DNA of 64,000 nucleotides from Orbicella franksi (Eukaryota): NCBI GenBank assembly GCA_964199315.1, contig OZ116712.1, positions 8,680,001 to 8,744,000 of the forward strand, read 5' to 3'. Shown piece by piece: positions 24,430 to 36,134 of this stretch (position 1 is its first letter; each line of letters starts with the position of its first letter). The notes under the pieces were generated by a model. It saw only the letters and a program-made list of their open reading frames with translations, ran no database searches and was not told where the DNA came from. The position numbers and the translations under genes were made by a program.

Positions 24430-25597
24430 TTAAGTTTAAACACCAACAGAAGGTGGAAAAAAAACAAAAAGGAAAAAAGTCTTTTAGATACAATGCTCCA
24501 AAGATAAGGAACATTTTAACAGAAAAACTACGGTCGGCAAGAAACAAAAACTTTTGCAAGACAATTAAGAAATGGGCACTTTGGTAACTAACCAGTTTTG
24601 GCTAGTACGTTATGTAAATGGCTCTTACAACACTTTTTCTGTTTCAAATGGATTTTTCACTCTTTTAACAGTTAAGATGATTTGTATTTGTCGTTGTTTT
24701 TTGATGATGCCTAGCATCTTCCTTTCCTTAGTTTAATATGTATTTTTGCACAAAAATTAACTGTTCTTTTAAACGCTTAAGACACTTAAAAAGTTGGTAC
24801 TTCAGTGGTTAAAGAAGGTGATATGCATGTTATGTTATAATCAATGAAGATAAGAATGGAAAAGATTAAAAGAACTACAAACAAGGAGCTTAATGAAGAA
24901 TTTGTGCCTCATCCTGAAGCTAGAACCTTTATTTTGAAGCTGGAGCTTATATATTGGATCACCCATATTCTTCTGAAAGCAAAGCTTTTCCGAATGTAGC
25001 GATATCAAAGAACTCCTGGGGATTGAAAGCACCTTGCACACTTCTGAGATGCTTTTCAACATGCGCAGTTTTACCAGCTTTGCGTGACGTTTTTAGAGAA
25101 GACAGAATAAAGAATTCGTGCCAAAGCAATCCAGATCTGTTGTTTTTTCCTGTATCTCACGTCCTCACGAAAAAAATAGGCAACAAGAGGTTTTCGACAC
25201 TAGCGAAAAAATAAAATATGTGTACGGCATCTTGGCACTCTCATTCCTGTATCGTCTCTAGATTCTCGCCACATTTAAACGAAGAATGATTTTGAAAACC
25301 TCGTATTTAGAACATATACACTGAACTCCTGCGACGAACGCGCTTCAAGCCAATATCTGCCTCTTTTAATGACAGACCCCGGTGGGTCTCGTAAAGCCAT
25401 AAATCTACAACCAAAATTCTTTAGCTATATTTACGCAAAATATTTGCATGCTGTTCAGGCCGGACATTGTACAGGCGGCGGTTACATCAAGGTCATATTA
25501 CATATGAATCTATCAATATCAGAATTTCTATTTCAAGACTGAGAAGTCCAGATCAAGGATTCGTACATTGTACACGACTGTCATTTAGTCCGGCATC

Positions 25598-26224
25598 ATG
25601 ACTGTAAACCGCATCATGTTCTTGACATTGTTGCTGTTTCTGGGCGCGTTCCACTTTGCCTCAAGCAAAAGGAGGAAATGTGAAGTGATCAAAATACCTA
25701 TGTGCAAAAGTATTGGCTACAACCTGACTTATATACCGAATATGTTCAACCACGACACACAAGAGGAAGCGGCGCTTGAGGTTCATCAGTACTGGCCGCT
25801 AGTCGAAATCAAGTGTTCGCCAGACCTAAAGTTCTTTCTCTGCTCCGTGTATGCTCCAATGTGCCAGCCGAACTCTAAACACGAAGTGCTTCCATGCCGG
25901 TCTATCTGCCGACGAGCAAGAAAAGACTGTGCGCCTTTACTGCGTAAGTATGGCTTTTCGTTGCCCGAGAAAATGAGATGCAGAAATTTTCCTAAAGACA
26001 GGGGCAACGGATTGTGCTATAATGGCATAGACAGACCTCTGTTGAATCATACTTCGATAACGGAACGACCGACGAATTCATCGTTCAGCCCGGCTTGTAA
26101 GAAAATCAATGACGGAAACCTCGCCATTACTTCAGGTGTCCTAGGCGGCTCATCAAAGCCACCGCTGGCATTTACCTTCATGTTATTGGTAGCCATTGTT
26201 GCTGTCGGACAGATACCAGTCTAA
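25598..26224 (+). CDS. Second single-CRD Frizzled-5/8-like protein with GPI-like tail, 208 aa
   Basis: 201/208 aa identical to 1484..2110. Confidence 0.88.
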   Translation: MTVNRIMFLTLLLFLGAFHFASSKRRKCEVIKIPMCKSIGYNLTYIPNMFNHDTQEEAALEVHQYWPLVEIKCSPDLKFFLCSVYAPMCQPNSKHEVLPCRSICRRARKDCAPLLRKYGFSLPEKMRCRNFPKDRGNGLCYNGIDRPLLNHTSITERPTNSSFSPACKKINDGNLAITSGVLGGSSKPPLAFTFMLLVAIVAVGQIPV

Positions 26225-27104
26225 AAAATTGTGTTCCTTTTTTTTCAGCAAATCGACCGGTATTCGTTTTCATTAGAACTTCATGTATAATTTTATCATT
26301 ATGCAAATAAATTAGGCTCGTATTTTCTTCGTGTTTAAATTACCAGAGTCGCTGGGACCAAGCTATTAAAGTAGTGACTCATTTAGATCAAAATTAAGTT
26401 TCTCCAAGGCTTACAACGCACTTTTTTCTCGGGATACCTTAGCTGGTTGATTTTTTGAGCACTTCCAAAGAAAATGCGGTAAATCGGCAAAACGTTTACA
26501 CTCCAATCGGACTCTTGTAGTTAATCGGATTCTCATTGTAACGTTTGTAATATCAGTCTTGGAGGTAAAATTTCTCTCATCCGTTCTCTTTCTGTTTTTG
26601 ATTTCATGTGCTTTGATAAAGGACAAAAAACCAAAGGAGCTGTGATTTTCTAATCCTTGAATTTAATTCACAGTTAATTTCTAAAGGAACCTTCGTAAAG
26701 TCAAGACTATACATAAGCAATTGCTCAATCGCTTTAACCGAGCTGAATGAGACTGAGAGACCTAACATAACCGGTCAGAGAACCGGCCAAGAACGCTTTT
26801 TAGTATTTTTAAAAAGTACAGAAATTGTTTGTTCCGTAACATCGTAATGGTAAATTTCTAAATCTAAATTTTAATTCTTTCAACAGGCAAGTCACGCCAT
26901 TTCATCTCAGAGTGAACACCAAGTACGCGCTAACGGAAATAACCGCTTTGTTCTAAGGCGCCTAATGATCGATCAAGGGCGTAGGTATGAATAAACCTGG
27001 CAAATATTGCAATGTCATAGTTACATACGCGCGTTTTTGCGTTTTGCTCGCGCGAGGTCAAAAATTAAGTTAAAAGGAGGAAGTTGGTTTTTCAAAAAAC
27101 AATA

Positions 27105-27290
27105 CAGTGGAACCTCCGGTTGCGACCACCTCTCGTAAGCGACCACCTCTCCTCAGTGACCAGTTTTCCAAAATACCGAAAGTTTCCCAGCCAAATCACT
27201 ATATTTGGAACCTCTTGTAAGCGACCACCTCTCGTAAGCGACCGCGACCACTTTTAGAGCTAAAAGTTTGAAATTTTCTTTTGTTTTTTA
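27105..27290 (+). mobile_element. One end of a Tc1/mariner (pogo-like) element
   Basis: TA followed by CAGTGGAACCTCCG and a repeated GCGACCACCTCTCGTAA motif. No matching opposite end was found. Confidence 0.45.
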
Positions 27291-28601
27291 CTTTCCTGCG
27301 TTTTGACTCACAAGATTACGGCGCTGAACAAGCAATCCCACCCGCTCCTTGCGAAAATCACAAAAAGCAAAGCAAACAGCATGCGGGCAAAAGAGTCCGT
27401 GGAAAGCGCACGATCTCGAGATTTTCACAGAACCGCCCAATGGGAACTATAACTTGAAAACAAAAACCACATTGTTTAAGGTCACCTACCATTCCGTTTC
27501 GAATGCACAAACTCCGCAGAAAAGAAAATAAAAGTTACCAAGAGAAACAAACGCTTCCAGTGAATCATTTCTCCCCAAACATTCGCCTGACATCTGCAAA
27601 GCGTGAACTGCCTTATACTTAAAATAACAGTGATGGCATGGATTAGATATGATGAGTAATAAAATGCTTTGGTTCAGGTTCCCTTATTGACTGATTTGAT
27701 TTCAACGCCGCCGGACAGGATAACCATCAAAAGAAAATGCTACAATGATGAAGAATTCTCTGAAACAGGTAGATCTTAAAACGATACAATTAGCATTCTT
27801 ACAAAAGGAATCACTCCGTGTTACTCGACATACCGATTCTTTCTCATTCTTGCTGGGTAATTGTTTTGAAGCTTTCTGTTAGAAACCGGGTACGTTTTTA
27901 TCCGTTATTCAACTGGAATATTTTTTGGCGGCCTAAATTGTACTGGAGCGTTAAGTTTTATATACGATGTCGCACCATTTGTATGTGCCTTAGGTGAAAT
28001 TTTTCATCCATGAAAAATTAGGAGTGTATTTGAGAGATGAATGAATTCAAGTGCTTTCTTTGATTTCTGGCTGTAGCCTTTTTTCGTCTATTTCCCTTTT
28101 CATGGAAACACCGACTTTACTCTTTTTCTATCTGCGCAATGCAAAACACAAGTGTTCCGCATTTTAAAGTTAATTTTGCGAAAAAAGGTGCGACGTTTCC
28201 CGTATAGATTTGCTAATTCTCCACCTGCGCTAAAACATTAAAAACGTGATATTTTGGACCCAAACGTGAAGCTCTCACTAGGGGAGAACATTTGCTCTGT
28301 GAATTGTGTAATGTGTCATTTGGCAGGGACGATCAAGCCTTAGGGAAACCTTGCAGCTGTCGCTGGCGAGCAGATTCACTTTCAACTATTTAAAAGAAAA
28401 CACCTTGTAAGAAAGCGTATCATGCCCAGTGTTAAATGATGTACCTCTTCAACTCTTTAGTATAAATCTGCTAGCGCTCTATCACGAATGTGGTTCTCGT
28501 ATTGGCTAACCTACTGGCTATCTATTGTGTTGTTTTAATAAGACATTTCAGTCTTTAATAAGACATTTCTATCCTGTGACTGTGACAAGCTGACCGAACG
28601 T

Positions 28602-30710
28602 GTGAAGAACTCTTTGAACTCTGTTGACTGGTACTTCTTAAACAAAGCCTTGAAGAACAATGTTGACAAGAACATCTCTAAAGTCATCTCCACGCATCGA
28701 AAGAAACTAAAAAACCTCACAAAGAACGCCGAACTACCCTTCTCACCGAGCGAAACTGTAAATAATCTCTCTTCTTGCAAACTGACTGACGATGAACTTG
28801 AACTACTAAAGAATGGACTCGGATTCTCTATCAAACCTCCTCACCTTAACAAGACAAACATTCTGGCTTCCTTTGAAAAGATCCACTACACCATGAAGAA
28901 CAAACTAATTGATAAAAACTCCGCAACGCACCTAAAAACTGAAATCGCTCATTTGGCTCAGAACTATCTCTCTTCCTACCGTCCTTCAAGCAACGATCTC
29001 AAAAAACACCGCATCCTACGAACTCTGAGGAACAATCATAATATCATAATTCTTAAGCCCGACAAAGGTAATGGCGTAGTTATTTTAGACCGTACCGTTT
29101 ATTTAGATTCTTGTTTTAATATACTTAATGATAAGACTAAGTTTAAACTTTTAGATAACGATCCCACTTTATTAAGAGAAGGCAGGCTTAAACGTTTTAT
29201 TACTCAACTTAAGAAAAAGCGTTCTCTCGATGATGATACCTATTGCAACATATTTCCTAAGGGTTCACAACCAGCAAAATTCTATGGCCTTCCGAAATTA
29301 CATAAGAAACGTGATAATCATAGGCAACCACCTCTTAGACCCATTGTATCCTCTATTGGAGCTTACAATTATAATTTAGCTAAGTACTTAAGTTCTCTTC
29401 TTGTTCCGCTTTTGCCTGATAAATATTCGGTTAAGGATTCCTTTTCTTTTGTTGAAGAGCTCAGGAGTTTCGATTTTAACAACAAGTTCCTTATTTCCTT
29501 CGATGTTGAAAGCCTTTTTACAAACATTCCGCTAAATGAAACTATCGATATTGCCGTTGACCTTATTTTGAAACATCATCCCAAATTTTCCATCAAAAAA
29601 CCCGACCTTAAGAAATTGTTTTCATTTGCCACATCCGAGACTCATTTCCTTTTCAATGGTAAATTTTATGATCAAGTCGATGGGGTAGCTATGGGCTCCC
29701 CTTTAGCACCTATTTTAGCTAATCTTTTTCTTGGATTTCACGAAAAAACATGGCTAAATAATTTTAACAAAGCCGACATCTTACTCTATAGGCGTTATGT
29801 TGACGATACTTTTTGCGTCTTTAAAAATGAGCGGGATGCCATGTCTTTCTTTGAATTCATCAATTCTCAACATCCCAACATCAAATTTACTTTCGAGAAA
29901 CAGAACGACGGTAAACTTTCCTTTTTGGATGTTCTGATCGACAACTCTTCGCATGACTGCGTTTTTTCAGTTTTTCATAAAAAAACCTACACTGGTCTCT
30001 TAACAAATTTTTTTAGTTTCACTCCGTTTCGCTATAAAATTGGCCTTGTCCGTACTCTCATTGACCGAACTTATAAAATCAACAACACTTCTTCCGGTTT
30101 TGAAAACGATTTGATCAAGCTTTCGGACACTCTAAAACGTAACTCGTTTCCTTCACACATCATTGAAAAAACCTTCAAGCGCTATCTTAACAAGCCTTCT
30201 GATCAAAAAAGCCGCAACGTTAATGATGAAAACAATATACGCTATTTTAAGCTTCCTTTTATCGGCCAGTACTCTAGAATAACGGAACTCAAACTACGGC
30301 AATTACTTAAACGTTTTTGTGAAACGGATCTTAATATCAAATTAGTTTTTACTTCTTTCAAAATCAAGAATATGTTCAGTTTTAAAGATCGTACTCCTGA
30401 TGCTCTAAAATCCATGGTAGTTTATCAATTTACTTGTGCGGGATGTAATTCCTGTTATATTGGTGAAACCAGTCGCCATTTTTCTACCAGGATTAAAGAA
30501 CATACAGTAAGCGATAAAAACTCGCATATTTTTAAACATCTTTCTCAATTTTCTTCATGCAGGGGCATGTACACACCTTCTTGTTTTCGCATCTTAGACT
30601 CCGCGAATAGCTCTATTGATCTTAAACTTAAAGAAGCCTTTTATATTAGTAAGAACAAACCTGACCTTAACAAACAGTTACATCACTTCAACACCTTTTT
30701 AACTCTGTAA
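28602..30710 (+). CDS. Penelope reverse transcriptase + GIY-YIG endonuclease, 702-codon open frame
   Basis: KPDKGNGVVILD, LRPIVSS, SFDVESLFTNIP, GVAMGSPLAP, RRYVDD, and VVYQFTCAGCNSCYIGETSR...RIKEH. Confidence 0.95.
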   Translation: MKNSLNSVDWYFLNKALKNNVDKNISKVISTHRKKLKNLTKNAELPFSPSETVNNLSSCKLTDDELELLKNGLGFSIKPPHLNKTNILASFEKIHYTMKNKLIDKNSATHLKTEIAHLAQNYLSSYRPSSNDLKKHRILRTLRNNHNIIILKPDKGNGVVILDRTVYLDSCFNILNDKTKFKLLDNDPTLLREGRLKRFITQLKKKRSLDDDTYCNIFPKGSQPAKFYGLPKLHKKRDNHRQPPLRPIVSSIGAYNYNLAKYLSSLLVPLLPDKYSVKDSFSFVEELRSFDFNNKFLISFDVESLFTNIPLNETIDIAVDLILKHHPKFSIKKPDLKKLFSFATSETHFLFNGKFYDQVDGVAMGSPLAPILANLFLGFHEKTWLNNFNKADILLYRRYVDDTFCVFKNERDAMSFFEFINSQHPNIKFTFEKQNDGKLSFLDVLIDNSSHDCVFSVFHKKTYTGLLTNFFSFTPFRYKIGLVRTLIDRTYKINNTSSGFENDLIKLSDTLKRNSFPSHIIEKTFKRYLNKPSDQKSRNVNDENNIRYFKLPFIGQYSRITELKLRQLLKRFCETDLNIKLVFTSFKIKNMFSFKDRTPDALKSMVVYQFTCAGCNSCYIGETSRHFSTRIKEHTVSDKNSHIFKHLSQFSSCRGMYTPSCFRILDSANSSIDLKLKEAFYISKNKPDLNKQLHHFNTFLTL

Positions 30711-30802
30711 TTTCCGTTTCCACTGTTTTGTGATGCATATTGTAAATAATTTATTCATATTTTGTAGTATATAACTTGTGTCACGTATCATTAGTCACTC
30801 TA

Positions 30803-30844
30803 TTAAACTGAAGATGGCATAAGCATGCCGAAACATGTCTTTAA
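30803..30844 (+). ncRNA. Minimal type I hammerhead ribozyme
   Basis: TTAAA-CTGAAGA-T-GGCAT(AAGC)ATGCC-GAAA-CAT-GTC^-TTTAA: core CUGANGA/GAAA, stem II, palindromic stem III (ACATGT) and stem I. Predicted cut after C30839. Confidence 0.8.
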
Positions 30845-31454
30845 AAACTGTTGTACGTTTTATGCAATATTTATCATTATTGCTAGTATTACGACCTTAT
30901 GGAAACACTTCAGTCTCCTACTGCAAGTCTTGAAGTAGAAACCTGGTTCCATATTCTAGTTAACACTTAGCACTTAGCCCTCGCAAGTTAGTGTAATCTG
31001 CCACTTGTGGAGTGGGGGTGCTGCCTGAAACCCAAAAGACTATCGTAATGATCATGATAATGAGAAGTATCTAGTATTTCCTCATATACGATACATAGAA
31101 AGATGTACGTATCCCTCAAGGAGGGATCCCTTATGTTTCTTTTCACAGCGCCATTTTGGCCGATTTCGAGGGGATTTTGGAGGGAAGATATTTTTCCACG
31201 AAGAGAGTAATTTATCCGTAAAAGCGAAGTCGGCAGAGAGAGGGCTCAATATTCAAAGTCTGCATTACGTTTTTAGATATTTCGCCCTATCGCACAAAGG
31301 CGACGTTATTCCCTTTAAGACTATTAACAGGTTTCTTATAATCCTCTTAAAACCCCTTAGCGCGTGCAACGTAAAACCTTTCAGGAAAGAAAAAAAAGGT
31401 GGATAACAAATCCTTATTGTTCATTTTATTGTGCAATATCGCTGTATATTTTAA

Positions 31455-31795
31455 CTAGTCAGAATACAGTTTTTCCTCAGCTTCAATGTCAGTTCCGATT
31501 AAACACAGTGGCTCCGAACAAGACTCGATCGTACACAGAGGTCTGTGACATTTCTCTCTAATGTAATGTAGAAAGAGACCATAAAATCCACATCTTCTGT
31601 AGTACCACGGAGGTTCCTTAGTCTCGTCAACAATTTTCAGGCACCGATCGAACCTTGGTCGGTACCATTCCTCGCCGTCCATAAAAACTGCATTATCAAT
31701 GCAATCCCTTACAACTCTCTTTTCATCGCAATCTTCCAAGGAAATACGACTGTCGCACTCGAAGCATCTAAAGTGTTCGTACTCTTCACCTGCAA
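31455..31795 (-). CDS. Terminal exon of a small Cys-rich Ly6/uPAR (three-finger)-like protein
   Basis: Acceptor ttctag, phase 1; 10 Cys, beginning CFEC and ending C-x4-C-x4-C-x4-CL. Candidate first exon 32566..32518 (phase 1, GTGAG donor) is uncertain. Confidence 0.65.
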
Positions 31796-31920
31796 CTAGA
31801 AACAAAGAAAAAAACAGAGAACTGAGAAGAAGGCACTCTAAGCTCGCTTTACATTATTAAACACGTGAAGGATTGATTTTCTAAATTAACATTACTGATT
31901 GGTGTGAAATCAGATGGACA

Positions 31921-32118
31921 ATAGGCCCTTTGCACGATCCGGTCACATGGTACAAAATCACACATGCTGGTGAGCAAGTTGCGCAGTGGGACTTCCAAAA
32001 CAATGGAACTCGTACCAGTCCACCTGGACCTGCCTTTGTCTTGGAAGTCCCACTGCGCAACTTGCTCACCAACATGTGTGATTTTGTACCATGTGACCGG
32101 ATCGTACAAAGGGCCTAT
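31921..32118. mobile_element. Palindromic MITE (~198 bp)
   Basis: ATAGGCCCTTTG...CAAAGGGCCTAT; about 80 bp of each arm are reverse complements. Confidence 0.85.
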
Positions 32119-35100
32119 CAACATTATAAATCTAGGAAGATCTTTTGAAAGAATACATTATTTTTACTCTAGTGAAATAAACCGTTCAGCTGGTATAGAA
32201 TAGTGACCCCGAAAATATAAAATGTTCAGGTAAAAAAACGTAACCTTATGTGTTTTAAAATAAAAATTCAACAGATTCAAAACTTTAGCAAATTAAGTAG
32301 ACTGCTACTGACATGCAAAATCCTTGTTTTCCGCTACAAATATACTTTATGTGGTCTAGATTGCCAACCAAAATACCTTAGTCATGAAAACCTAAGATTT
32401 CTAACTGGATAAAGTGCTCAGTTTACAGATCCCACCGAAATTGCGGCTCATTCGAACACAGGAGCAGTACTTGTGTGTTTTTCAGTGCTTATACTTCAAT
32501 CATGCCACCTAGCTCACAAGTAATAAAAAGAGGACAATGGACGACTATACTAGTCAATTCATCCATTTCCCTGTAGAATGTTTATCCAGACGGCATGGAT
32601 ACACCAAAAGGTCACCAAATGTTTCCTCAAAGATCTTTGGTTTTATTTTTAAAATGAAATAAAAAGGGTGAATTTAATGCAAAAAAATGTATTCCGATGC
32701 ATGCAATAAAATAAGGCCATGCTGATCCAATAAATTCCCTCAATTCGCAAAGAGCTAAGCCAATATACTAGATTGAATGAGTCGACCAGACTTTTTGACA
32801 GGCAGTGAATTTGCACTTCAAGAAATTTTATTTGCACCCGCATGTTACCTTTGAGGATGGGTGAACTTAGGTAAAGGGTCTGTTTGCATTTTGTTTCTTT
32901 TGACTGTGCATTAAAAAAATTCATTTCTCTGAAGACCAAGATCGCAGAGCAATTATTCAGCTGTCCTCGAAATCAGTACAGGTAGTCATCAAATAACGAC
33001 GCTTTTAATAATTACCTTCCAGTTTCAACGAATAGCATCTCTCGACTTATTTAATAAGCACTTATCACCCTAAACGTTCGCGGTAATTTCGTAAAGGATA
33101 ATGAAAACGCGTTCCTCAGAGGTAAGAACAGACTTAAAGGCTTCAACTGTACTGTTGCTGAGTAAATCCCAACCGGAGTAATGAAAAACTAACACTTAAT
33201 CATAGACTGTGAATACCCAAGTTGCAATTCGAAACATTATAAGTTCTGACTCTTGTTTTGAAAGCTTAAACTCTCATAGCAAGGTTATAGATATACCCAT
33301 ACCGATTAAAGAATTAAATCTGAACTCTCTCACTGAAGCCAAACCCGAAAGGGAGTTAGATATGAAATAAACTAATTTTGAAAAAACACGTCACTGCACA
33401 AAAAAAAATTGAAATTTAATAAGCTTCCTCGCGCAATGTAATTAGCCCTTATCAACCCTCTATTTTCAATACAGTAAGGTCGACTCACCAGTGTTATAGG
33501 CAATCAGTAATAATCCAGTCGAGATGATAAAACTCGAGATGGACATTCTTTCTTTCAGAGGACCAGTGTCGGAAAAAACGACTCTACGACAAAAGAGTGA
33601 CGAGAAAGCCACTAAATCAGCAGACTCAAAAAAAGGGTTGCTGCGATGTTGGTTGGAAAAATGAAATAAAGGCAACGTACTGTCTTGAGACTCGTTTGTC
33701 CTCGTCGTTCCTTGTTGAAAATTCTCCTTTTATCGCTTTCTTGTAGTCGTCGAATGGAACGGGTGTAAAAGGTCGTTTTAAGGACGGTTCTCTTCCAGTA
33801 GTTACCTGGTAACGTGGCAATGTTTCTAAAAATGTCTGGATGGCACCTAAGCTAGAAATCAAGTGTCTTAATCGCATTCATTCAGATATGAAGATGATTG
33901 GCTAAAAGCCATTTGTAAGGTAGTGCAGTAAAAGGTGTCAAAACCTTTTTTTTCCCTTTTTTGGGATAACAAAGACCCACGCACTTAAAAGCAATTTCGG
34001 TGCACGCATCGATATTGGAAGTATATCGTATACGTATCAAAATAAGAAGGTTCGACTCGCACTAAACTGGCTAAATTTAGATGTAAAGTCTCTGACCTTT
34101 TCCTTATCTTGAGCAGATTCATTCAGATTTAAAAATGATTCGCTCAAAAAGGGATGTCAGGAAAGGTGTCATTGAAACCCTTGGTTAACGTGTCGACGTT
34201 ATTTACGCCATATTACAACCGGCTTGATTTAATTTGTCTGATGTCTTTCATTCACTTTCCTGAAGTAATTTCATCGTCGAAATGCCTCACATTAAAACTG
34301 AAAAGTAGATAATATCATATCCACTTTTTGAGTGATCAGCAACACGCTTAGTTTTCTACTCTGTCACCAAACATAAAAGGCATGTCTAACGACTAGGTTC
34401 GTTGAAATACATGTATGTGTTGGAGAGGACTTGAAGCTCTCTCAAGGATTTCAAAGATCACTTTATAAAAACTAAAGTTGTCTTAGGCATAGTTATTAGA
34501 GAGGAGTGATTATCAAACCCGACAGAGTTCTTTGTCGTATGTTTTTGTTCACTTTTTGTGGTCTTAAACGTGCACAAGTCATAATAGTTGTTTACTACTG
34601 ACCGAGGAACTAACCAATAGTAACGTTTTGGTTATATAATTTATGCATAATGTTTGAGCGCAAAACAAAAGTTTTTGTAACTTTGCGAACACTAGCATGT
34701 TCATTTCTGTTCAGGTACACTAGTATTACCGAAGGTATCATTACTCTTATTGCAACAACGTATTTTTTTACAGATAAAACACTGAGAATATTTTCCATTG
34801 TTATTATTTTGCCTAATATAGGTGTGATATCCTCGGTTTTATGCCCCATAAAACTTTAGATGGTTGCCAGCATTTGTCAACAGTGCAGCAGGTCTGAATT
34901 AAACATTATGTAAGGTTTATCACCAGCAGAAAGATCGTGATTATGCCGTTTCTTAATATAGCGAAAAAAAAGAAATGAAATATTTTAAAACACAAACGTT
35001 ATTGCTTTTTAATTGAACTTTCCTAACAAGTTAGGTTACAACACTTTTCAGAGTTTGATATTATTTCTCAGTTATCAGCCACTAGAAGCTGTACCGTCTA

Positions 35101-36134
35101 TTGATACAGCAAAAGAAATAACAAAATAGTTCAAGTTTGTCACTACAGATATAAAGAGCACTATTCACAATTTATCAGCGACACAGAAAACCATATCGTC
35201 CATATCGTGTGCTCAAGTTCCTCACAAAAAGGTAAAATCGAATGAAATGTTAATTTACTTTATAAATTTTTTTACAATTCGTCAGCTGAAAAAAGTCTTG
35301 TCAACGAATATTAGCGACAAAATTGAATTGTTCATGTTTAATCGTTCATCTCAGAAGTTAAAAGTGACAGCGGTTATAACTACTTACTTAAAAAGGCTAA
35401 ATTAAATTTTATTACTATTTGGGAGCGTTCATAACTTGACTTGATTAGACCCAAAACTTATTAAGTCATTCAACGGCACGGGCGACCACCTCTTTCTCTT
35501 CTTACTCAATTGTTTTTGAAACAAGACGACCCCGATTACTCTTCGACAAGAATTGGTGAGATTTTGTACGAGGCTTTGTCGCACTGCTTATACAGCCGAT
35601 ATAGATTAATATTTATACCGTCTTTCACAATTCCACCTATCTTTTCCTCTTGCATGTCTTTTCGGGCTCAGTCAATTTTATTTGTATGCTGTTCCTAATG
35701 CGCTACGCTATTGTCGAAGATCAGTTTTTGTGTGTGTGTTACAGTCAATTTTTTTGACAGATTTTGAGACATTTGTTGAACTTAACATGCTCCATAGCTT
35801 TTTTACAAAAACCAACATCGCCAATTCGACCAGGATATAGGACCTGCATGAAAACCAGCTAAGGCTGATGTGCCTTCCTCTCCAAATATTGTAATTTATT
35901 TGTTGCACACAAGCGCTACAACTGAGAAGAGACAAGATTACAGGGCTCACATTAGAGCTTAGCCCGGCTTAAGATGCACATCGAGTCATTTAATTTTCAC
36001 TTGTGTTTTTCAATACCAGAGACAGCCACTCCTTAGATGAACTTAATTTGCATCGCCAATGGCTTTATTATATATTTTCCCAGCAACGATCTTATTAGTT
36101 CTTTCAGCGACTGAGAAGACACTTGTGACGAATT

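Larger units (their letters stand above)
24114..26234 (+). repeat. Segmental duplication copy B
   Basis: Matches 1..2120. Confidence 0.95.
28545..30870 (+). mobile_element. Penelope-like retroelement, probably 5'-truncated
   Basis: RT + GIY-YIG ORF followed by a 3' terminal region with a hammerhead ribozyme. The 5' boundary is approximate. Confidence 0.88.

Noticed and set aside
1672-26007. Short minus-strand ORFs overlapping the CRD genes
   Set aside because: Antisense shadows of the repeated CRD coding sequence.
1-26234. The duplication as a pure assembly artefact
   Set aside because: The copies differ by scattered substitutions and small indels and diverge cleanly after the stop codon; a mis-joined haplotype cannot be fully excluded without reads.
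33466-33877. Two minus-strand ORFs joinable by removing one T from a T7 run
   Set aside because: No recognisable motif or splice context.
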